Below, piece after piece: positions 1 to 6,961 of a stretch of 31,257 nt of DNA. Numbering within the stretch: position 1 is the stretch's first letter; the number at the start of each line of letters is the position of its first letter. Position numbers and translations under genes: made by a program. The notes under the pieces are model-generated. The model made no database searches. It was not told the origin of the DNA and saw only the letters and a program-made list of their open reading frames with translations. Origin of the DNA: Promethearchaeota archaeon (GTDB lineage Archaea; Asgardarchaeota; Lokiarchaeia; Sigyniarchaeales; SOKP01); NCBI GenBank assembly GCA_008080735.1, contig SHMW01000044.1, positions 3,027 through 34,283 on the forward strand, written 5' to 3'.

Positions 1-75
1 TTCTTAAAGGAAATTTATTAGTTCCTATTTTTATTAATATAATAGTTGTAAAATATATACTTAGAGATATTTATA

Positions 76-819
76 ATGAGTTTTGAGATATTTAATGAAT
101 TAGAGATCTTGCAAAAAAGTTTAAATTTGGTTTTTATTGTCATATCACTTATAATTGGATTTCTCATTATATATAGATATTTTCAATATAAATCTCCCGT
201 GTTCATCACAGTTGGTTTAGCATGGGTTTTTATGAGCTCATCTTGGTGGCCCATTTCCATCAATTTCCTCCTTATCGGGTTTCTTGATGTTTCTCTTCCA
301 CCTTTTTGGTATCTTTTTGTTGAGAGAGCTTTCATTATGCCTGCACTCATATTCTGGTTTTATTCATTTACAGAATTAGCCGTAGTTTCCTATAAAAAAG
401 AAATCCGATATGTATCGATTATTTTCTTTATTATTTTGGAATTAATAACTATCTCAATTCTTATAATCGATTATGAATTGATTGGTTCTCCGATCCCCGG
501 AAAATCTTATGAATATAGTCATACTACGCTAAATTTGGTCGTAGATTTGATTGCCTTAGTTTTAGTTTTAATCACTGGTATACTATTTTCTCATCAATCA
601 ATGTTGTCTGAAAATATTAAAATCAAGTGGAAGGGGAGATTTCTGTTAATTTCTTTTATTTCTTTTACTATAGGATCCATTATGAATGGTTTACTTCACA
701 TTATAATCCCAATGAATGCCTTAAGCATCATTTTAATACGCATAATATTGATTTCCAGTGCTATTGAATATTATCTAGGATTTTTCTTGCCTGATGTTAT
801 CTTAAAATATCTTAAATAA
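76..819 (+). CDS. Polytopic (about 7 TM) membrane protein of unknown function
   Basis: 247 aa ORF with about seven hydrophobic segments and no soluble catalytic domain. Confidence 0.8.
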   Translation: MSFEIFNELEILQKSLNLVFIVISLIIGFLIIYRYFQYKSPVFITVGLAWVFMSSSWWPISINFLLIGFLDVSLPPFWYLFVERAFIMPALIFWFYSFTELAVVSYKKEIRYVSIIFFIILELITISILIIDYELIGSPIPGKSYEYSHTTLNLVVDLIALVLVLITGILFSHQSMLSENIKIKWKGRFLLISFISFTIGSIMNGLLHIIIPMNALSIILIRIILISSAIEYYLGFFLPDVILKYLK

Positions 820-939
820 ACTATTGAGGATTTATTCAATTTTCGCACATATCTTACCATTCCTATTTTTTCTTATAACTAAAAACTTTTAATAAACTCT
901 AGATCATATTTAGATATACTAAAAACTGATAAGTATATT

Positions 940-1461
940 ATGAACAAATTTGGATTCATCTCGGGAATATTAGCAAGCATAGTCTTATTATTACCATTTC
1001 TTCCAATAGGAATTTATTTTGGAAGTGCGTCAAATCCATGGTTAGGATTCAATTTTTATGTGCAATTTCCCGTCTCTATCGTAAGATATGGGAATATGGA
1101 GGTGTTCTTATGGGGCACTTTAACCAATTCTTCGATTAACTTCTGGGTTTTGTCGAATATCATTACATTTATCTTTTTGACCATAATTGGCATTTTATCT
1201 GTAATATTTTCATTCGTGGGATGTTTTAAAGAAGATAAATTAGGAAAGAGATTCATGAATTTTGTGTTACTTGCCAATTTGTTTTTGATTTTATATATTT
1301 TGATTGGATTTACTATATATAGCAGAGAGATCTTTGGAACAACATTTGGGTTAGTGGATATTTATTATCATTTAGATTATGGCTTCTATATAATCGTGCT
1401 AAATCTAATAATTTCTATCGCTGCCTTCATAACTCATCCCATCAAAGAGGTGACTTTTTAA
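940..1461 (+). CDS. Four-TM membrane protein, probable paralog of the next gene
   Basis: TM1, loop containing FLWG, TM2-TM3, then LDYGFY before TM4; GAGGTG near its 3' end serves as the SD for the next gene. Confidence 0.75.
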   Translation: MNKFGFISGILASIVLLLPFLPIGIYFGSASNPWLGFNFYVQFPVSIVRYGNMEVFLWGTLTNSSINFWVLSNIITFIFLTIIGILSVIFSFVGCFKEDKLGKRFMNFVLLANLFLILYILIGFTIYSREIFGTTFGLVDIYYHLDYGFYIIVLNLIISIAAFITHPIKEVTF

Positions 1462-1462
1462 A

Positions 1463-1945
1463 ATGGCTCGTAAAACAGGTATATTAGGGGGAATTCTGGC
1501 TTTACTTATCGCGTTCATTGCTAATATCCCGATTTATCCCCCCGCCAATATAGAGATAAATTTTCTAATCTTTACTAACAATAATACCGCATATTATATT
1601 TGGGGCTATCTGAGTAATAACCTTTTGAGCTTCTCCCCCTTGATTGCTCAGTTCCCAGAGAATTTAATAGGTATCTTTATATGGGGTTTAATGGTTTTTC
1701 TTGGTCTAAGTTCAATAATGGCATCCGTGAAAAAGGCAAACTTTGAAAATTCGATGAAACTTTATTGGTTAAATATTTTATGTTCGATTTTTGTATCGGT
1801 AGTATACACCATAATCATCATCTTAACTATTTGGGAAAATTTAATACTATTCTTCTATACTGCGGGCATAGGATATTATCTTCTCATCATTATTTTGGGA
1901 TTAAATATAATAGCTTTACACTACTTGAAAAAAAGTGAAATATAA
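1463..1945 (+). CDS. Four-TM membrane protein, probable paralog of the previous gene
   Basis: Same layout (TGILGGILA vs FGFISGILA; YIWG; AGIGYY before TM4); 1 nt gap after the upstream stop. Confidence 0.75.
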   Translation: MARKTGILGGILALLIAFIANIPIYPPANIEINFLIFTNNNTAYYIWGYLSNNLLSFSPLIAQFPENLIGIFIWGLMVFLGLSSIMASVKKANFENSMKLYWLNILCSIFVSVVYTIIIILTIWENLILFFYTAGIGYYLLIIILGLNIIALHYLKKSEI

Positions 1946-1967
1946 AATATAGATAACTTAGATCCAA

Positions 1968-2345
1968 TCAGGGCTCTAAATCTTTATGTTCATACTGAAA
2001 TTTGGTATAAGCAGCTCGAGTCAACCCTACATAATTATCTGAAAGCTTATAATACATCTTACCATTCACTTGTTTCCTTTCTAAATAGTCATTTTTAAGC
2101 ACATGGTTTAATGAATTCACCATCGTCCCTAAGGTGACCGAACCGATATAATTTTCTTGTTTTCTGGCAATTCTAATGAGTTCTAATTCAGAATGCCACG
2201 CCCCGTCCAATAACGCCCGCAAAAGCTTATTTTTAACCGGGGTTTTAATGTTTTTAATCTTGTTAAATAACTTTGAATAGTCTGGTTTATAATATTTTTT
2301 CATCAGGTTGATAGTCTCAGAATCTCTCATTTTGAATCCTTCCAT
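1968..2345 (-). CDS. Putative winged-helix DNA-binding protein
   Basis: LLRALLDGAWHSELEL...GTMVNSL...YLERKQVNGKMYYKL fits a wHTH helix/wing pattern; GAGG upstream of the ATG. Confidence 0.6.
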   Translation of the reverse strand: MEGFKMRDSETINLMKKYYKPDYSKLFNKIKNIKTPVKNKLLRALLDGAWHSELELIRIARKQENYIGSVTLGTMVNSLNHVLKNDYLERKQVNGKMYYKLSDNYVGLTRAAYTKFQYEHKDLEP

Positions 2346-2543
2346 TATATATCCTCAATAAATTTAATAATGTGTTATGGGGATATAACAAACTCAATTT
2401 TAAATTAGAATATAATACGAGGGTAATATGATGCGGTTGCAACCAAATTGTAACCTATCTAAATAGGTGATAAGATTCCTAATATTCTGTGATATTTGTA
2501 AAACTTAGTACTTAAAAGGAATTATAAAAATTGATTAGATTAC

Positions 2544-3659
2544 TTAAAGCAAATCCTCCGGTATTCCATCTCTGAAATATTCAGCTCTTGTGATCCAATT
2601 CTCAGAAAATTCTGGGATCATGGTAAGAATTGATCCTCCCACCCAAACCGAAAATGTTCGCTCACGTGGAGCCACGATCTTAATTGTTTGATCTTGCTTT
2701 TTCCTTCTAGCGAGTTCTAACTCCAGCTCTTGGTATAGTCTCGCTTTAAGATTAGGAAACATTGACGATCCACCCGAGATAAAGATATTATCTAAGAGCT
2801 CTTGACGAATATCGAGATCACACTTTTGAATTACATCCATTATGGCCTTGTGTAGTGGTTTATGTTCGGATTCTTGAGTGGGAGTGAATAAGAGCTCAGG
2901 TACCATAAAGCGTTCTTTACTTAAAGTAATGGTTGAACCATCAGGTAAAGAATATTCCTTCTTGTATTGCTCTTTACGCTTTAAGTCTTCTTTATAATCT
3001 AACGAGATAAAGCACGCCTTTTCTTTAATTGCGCGAACGAGTTCTTTGCGAATAGAGGAGTCTACGTTGAAACCAGTGGTGTTTTTTAGTGTTTCTCCCA
3101 TATAGCGGGTAAGTATACGCCCTCCTATTTCAAGCGTTTCTATGGCGTGATCTAATTTAAAACTTTCATAAATGGGTGTGATTCTCGTTCCACTATCTCC
3201 TATCTCAACCACAAGCCCTGTTTGGAACCCTCCTGAATAAAGCGTGAGCATCGGATCGAGCACTGGATAAAACGCCATACATTGATAATTTTCCAAAAAA
3301 AGTTCAAAGAGCCGCTCGAGTTCTGCCCTCGGAAATAACGGATGCACCGCGAACAATACGTTCACCACTGTGGGGTCCACTCGCAAATTGTAAAACACGT
3401 AATCCATAATACGCTCAAAATAATTCCAATCAGTAATTCTCCCTTGTTCGATAGGACGATAAATCTTGTATAATCCCAGCGATTGAATCTCATCGCCCAC
3501 ATAAAGCTCTTGTTTCTGTTTCGTAAACTGTCCTTCGAAATCGGTATACTTTGGTTTGCCCACAATAGTGAAAAAGACCATTGATGGATTATCTTCACCA
3601 GAAAAGCCTACCTTACTGCTAAATTGACCTATATCCATTACTACGGTTAGATTTGGCAT
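2544..3659 (-). CDS. Divergent Asgard actin / actin-related protein (371 aa)
   Basis: Actin signatures DIGQFSSKVGF, YVGDE, PIEQGRITDW, TGLVVEIGD, IKEKACFI, YSLPDG, ERFMVPELLF, ISGGSSMFP, VWVGGSIL; start moved to ATG 3659 (MPNLTVVMD) to match the actin N-terminus. Confidence 0.93.
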   Translation of the reverse strand: MPNLTVVMDIGQFSSKVGFSGEDNPSMVFFTIVGKPKYTDFEGQFTKQKQELYVGDEIQSLGLYKIYRPIEQGRITDWNYFERIMDYVFYNLRVDPTVVNVLFAVHPLFPRAELERLFELFLENYQCMAFYPVLDPMLTLYSGGFQTGLVVEIGDSGTRITPIYESFKLDHAIETLEIGGRILTRYMGETLKNTTGFNVDSSIRKELVRAIKEKACFISLDYKEDLKRKEQYKKEYSLPDGSTITLSKERFMVPELLFTPTQESEHKPLHKAIMDVIQKCDLDIRQELLDNIFISGGSSMFPNLKARLYQELELELARRKKQDQTIKIVAPRERTFSVWVGGSILTMIPEFSENWITRAEYFRDGIPEDLL

Positions 3660-3710
3660 TTGATTGAAGCTCGATTTTTCCTTCAAATAAACGATATTGA
3701 TTAATAAATA
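3633..3710. repeat. Direct repeat copy 1 (att-like): actin codons 1-9 plus upstream region
   Basis: atccattactacggttagatttggcatttga...gattaataaata matches 5926-6002; first 31 bp identical, then 2 substitutions and 1 indel. Confidence 0.95.
3701..3710 (-). promoter_or_regulatory. Putative TATA box of the actin gene
   Basis: TATTTATTAA on the minus strand 42-51 nt upstream of ATG 3659, conserved in both repeat copies; AT-rich background weakens the call. Confidence 0.4.
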
Positions 3711-4046
3711 TATCAAAGATTAAAAAAGTTTTATTCATTTTCGCTCTATTTAAACTGCAGGGGAATATTGGTATAACCCCTTTCTTGAATCCTCAGAGAT
3801 TCTAATGATGGCAGAACTGCACTTATAAAAGGAATTGTCAGTACCTTAGTAGGTGCTGATTAATTATTTCTTGATTGGTGATAGTATTCATTGAAGCGAA
3901 CATCTTTGTTAATCTCTCATTTCTCTTCTTTTATTATGATTGAGGGGAGGGAAATTAAGCCATCTTTGTGGAGTTATTGAAATGCTTTCCTTTTTCTTAT
4001 TACTTTACAAATCTCTAGGTAATAAGCTCAATCAAAAACATAGTAG

Positions 4047-4195
4047 TAATCCAAAGACTAACTTGGTCTATGCTTGGGGAAAAAATATTCTTTTAAAAGG
4101 GGAAGGAAGGGGAGTATATCATTCTCATAACTTTAATTGCTTGTAAAGAAAGAGGATTATAGATTGTATTCGCAGCAAAATAAGAAAAAAAGAAA
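4047..4195. repeat. Degenerate internal direct repeat R1
   Basis: Shares ordered blocks agactaact, gaaaaa, ttctttt, aaagggga, aggaagggg, tatat, ataactttaa, aaagaaag, ataagaa with 5144-5306. Confidence 0.75.
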
Positions 4196-4288
4196 GGAAT
4201 CTCTTTTCCCCAAATATAAGAGTAATATCAATCTTATTAAATGATATCAATAATTATATATCTTAGCATTGCTATAGTATTAATGATT

Positions 4289-4810
4289 ATGGTAAAATTA
4301 TTTTTTGATGCATGTTCTCTAATTTATATAACAAAGATCAATTTGAAAGAGCATCTTCCCGCATTAGGAAAAATTTATGTAAGTCAGAGTGTAAAAGAAG
4401 AATTAATAAGTGATTTGGAAAGATTTGATGATGCAAAGGTTCTCAATGAGAATATTAACCACAAACTAATAAATATTAGGAATTTTAAACGCACTAATCG
4501 ATTTTCGAATCGAAATTTAGGACTTGGAGAAAAAGATACGATTGAGTTATGTTTAAAAGAGGATGGAGTTTTAGTAACAGATGATCATAAAGCTCTTAAC
4601 TTAGCTTTAGGTATTGGTTTAAAACCTAAGACTTCAGAAATAATTCTTTTAGATTTTCTCAAGAATTCAATCATATCATACGAAAATTTTAAAAATTCAT
4701 TTTGGGAACTTGCTCGAATAAAAACTTTAAATCCAGAAATAATAGCTTTTTTATTTGATAAAGCAAAAGAAATGATTAAACCCAGAAATCAAAATAAAGG
4801 AGAAAAATAA
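4289..4810 (+). CDS. PIN-domain protein (VapC/DUF3368-like toxin)
   Basis: FFDACSLI, VKEEL, LGLGEKDTI, LVTDD PIN acidic motifs; ATG 4289 preferred over 4241. Confidence 0.85.
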   Translation: MVKLFFDACSLIYITKINLKEHLPALGKIYVSQSVKEELISDLERFDDAKVLNENINHKLINIRNFKRTNRFSNRNLGLGEKDTIELCLKEDGVLVTDDHKALNLALGIGLKPKTSEIILLDFLKNSIISYENFKNSFWELARIKTLNPEIIAFLFDKAKEMIKPRNQNKGEK

Positions 4811-4813
4811 TAT

Positions 4814-5101
4814 ATGACTAAACAGATGAATTTAAGGTTGGATGAGGATCTAATCAGAGAATTTGAGGAGCTAGCTGAAGAAGAAAACTTAGATCGTTCA
4901 GCTCTGGTAAAAAAAATTCTAGTTGAGGGTTTACAACAAGAACGGTTGAACTTTGCTATTCAAAAATATATGACCAAGGATATTTCAATCGAACGAGCTG
5001 CTGAAATCGCAAAACTTTCGATTCATGAGCTCATTTCAAACCTCTCGAAATTAGGTGTTCCATCGAATTTAACACCAGAAGATATTGAAAGAATTATCTA
5101 A
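4814..5101 (+). CDS. RHH + HTH antitoxin (UPF0175-like)
   Basis: N-terminal RHH pattern (QMNLRLDEDL...DRSALVKKIL) and C-terminal ISIERAAEIAKLS; GGAG SD; 3 nt after the PIN gene. Confidence 0.85.
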   Translation: MTKQMNLRLDEDLIREFEELAEEENLDRSALVKKILVEGLQQERLNFAIQKYMTKDISIERAAEIAKLSIHELISNLSKLGVPSNLTPEDIERII

Positions 5102-5143
5102 ATCTTGTGAGGTTTGCTTTTAAGTAAAGCTTGAATATTTTCT

Positions 5144-5306
5144 TAATTCACAGACTAACTGAGTCTCCGCGTTTAGAAAAAGATTTCTTTTCTCAAAGGG
5201 GAGAGAAAGGAAGGGGGCTATATACCGTCAAAATAACTTTAAATGTTAAAAAAGAAAGCGGAGTATGAAATTATATTCTCAAATAGAAATATAAGAAGAA
5301 AAAGAA
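5144..5306. repeat. Degenerate internal direct repeat R2
   Basis: Collinear similarity to 4047-4195. Confidence 0.75.
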
Positions 5307-5335
5307 TTAATTTACAAAAATCTAAAATCTCTGCT

Positions 5336-5835
5336 TTACCGCTCAAGAATGTTTTTATAAGGATTCCATGTGTCCTAAAAATGGGTGTAATCCGCATAAT
5401 TCAGCTTGACTTAGCAATTAAAGTTCACATCGCTGACTTTATGGCAGAATAAAATCTTCCGATCCTCTTTCGGACAGCCCATCCGTTTATATAATGTGTT
5501 CAAGGTTCTGCGGAAGGTGTGATATGAGGTCCACTTACTGATCTCAAAGTGGAGCATCGTTTTTCTGATGTAATGATTGATGATGCGGAGTACATACCGT
5601 TTATTTCGCGTGGATAAAAATGATGCATCATTATCCGTAATCTTATGCTTCTGCTCTTGCATGTAAGATTTCAAAACAGTCTGCCAGATTTTCGGAAAAA
5701 TAGTAGATCTTCCTGCCCATTTTTCCCTACGCCTCTATGTAGTGTTTTTTTAGAGTTAAATCGACAAAATCTATACTAATCAGTTCGCCGATCCGCATCC
5801 CCGTTTCAGAAAGAGTAATATCCACTTTAAAAGAG
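5336..5835 (-). pseudogene. Tyrosine recombinase/integrase catalytic domain, pseudogene
   Basis: Manual translation: LSETGMRIGEL...EA*GKMG...(frameshift near 5675)...HTFRRTLN...ILFCH...VNFNC*VKLNY...F*DTWNPY; three in-frame stops, one frameshift, no N-terminal domain. Confidence 0.88.
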
Positions 5836-5925
5836 AAATAACACGTTTAAATTTATCATATATCGACTGATGGACTAATAATACAACAACAAAGATAGAT
5901 ACACAATATCGCATAAGGAAAGGTA

Positions 5926-6002
5926 ATCCATTACTACGGTTAGATTTGGCATTTGAATGAAGCTCGATTTTTCATCAAATAAACGATATTGATTAATAAA
6001 TA
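5926..6002. repeat. Direct repeat copy 2 (att-like): displaced actin 5' end
   Basis: Encodes MPNLTVVMD on the minus strand from ATG 5952, then diverges and stops after 25 codons. Confidence 0.95.
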
Positions 6003-6087
6003 AATTATTGACTAAAAAATTTTGATATAAAATCTAGAGATATCGACATTATCTTTCTCTATAGATTTTTGATTCTGATTATTTTAA

Positions 6088-6837
6088 TTATCCTAACAAT
6101 ATTTTAAGAGGGGTATAGGTGGTCTCGGGTATGAACGCTTCACCAAATTTCGTATTGATTTCATTTCCACGTAAAACAGCGGTATCTTCTGCCCAATCGA
6201 TCACTCGTTTCAGCACTTCCTTTTGTGATTTGTAGATTCGGGAAAAAATTTCCTTTTTTTCCTTCCAATAATCTTCAATATCAACGATGACAAACACCGA
6301 CCCTTCAATATATTGGAACTTACACGATGGCGATTCATAATAATAAACCCCTAAGGGCGTCCAACTTCTACTATGTCCGCCGTAGGCTTTGCCAGTTGCG
6401 CAATGATAGATACTTTCGCGCACAATTAATGAAAGGTTTCGATGGACCCTATGGAAATCAGAAAAATGAGGCAGCATTACTACATGCGGTCGTAGATCTC
6501 TAATCAAATTAGTAATCTTCGAGACCTTATCGCGATTAATCTGTAAATCTTGATATCCAAGTTCGATAACATCGGCATTTAAAATTTCACTCACATCTTC
6601 CAACTCTTCTTCCCGTGTGGTCGCGATATTGTGCTTCTCCTCCTGTTTCGCATAACCGCCAAGACCAGGGGTGGCAATGATAATAGAGATTTCAGAACCG
6701 AGGGCGTTATATTTGAGAATCGTCCCTCCACACGAGATTAATTCGTCATCGGGATGAGGTGCAAAGATCATTAAGCGTTTGGGAATTACAATTGGAACTT
6801 CGTGATCTTCACAGATAATATGCTTTTTGTTTAACAT
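6088..6837 (-). CDS. PIG-L/LmbE family deacetylase
   Basis: APHPDDE metal motif, REEEL, PHFSDFHRVH, C-terminal GEAF. Confidence 0.92.
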   Translation of the reverse strand: MLNKKHIICEDHEVPIVIPKRLMIFAPHPDDELISCGGTILKYNALGSEISIIIATPGLGGYAKQEEKHNIATTREEELEDVSEILNADVIELGYQDLQINRDKVSKITNLIRDLRPHVVMLPHFSDFHRVHRNLSLIVRESIYHCATGKAYGGHSRSWTPLGVYYYESPSCKFQYIEGSVFVIVDIEDYWKEKKEIFSRIYKSQKEVLKRVIDWAEDTAVLRGNEINTKFGEAFIPETTYTPLKILLG

Positions 6838-6961
6838 TCTATTTAAAAGATTGAATACACTCTATAAAAGTATAAGCTTTTCGGACAGACCAGATTCCAT
6901 AGAAAAAGAATACTGAAAGTGAAATTATGAGAAAAGAGAGATTTAATAATAAAATGCTTGA

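Larger units (their letters stand above)
3633..6002. mobile_element. Decayed integrative element inserted in the actin 5' end
   Basis: Terminal direct repeats, internal tyrosine recombinase pseudogene next to the right repeat, TA cargo. Confidence 0.82.

Noticed and set aside
3660-3716. 19-aa N-terminal extension of actin from TTG 3716
   Set aside because: It covers the promoter-like repeat, whose second copy has a 1-nt indel here; the actin fold begins at ATG 3659.
3800-3862. SECIS-like element (AUGA...AAA...UGA)
   Set aside because: The helix does not stack directly on the core, and there is no plus-strand UGA-containing gene upstream.
3940-4146. 68 aa ORF inside the element
   Set aside because: It overlaps repeat R1, has no motif, and the frame is not preserved in R2.
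5243-5452. 69 aa plus-strand ORF
   Set aside because: It is antisense to the integrase remnant and overlaps R2.
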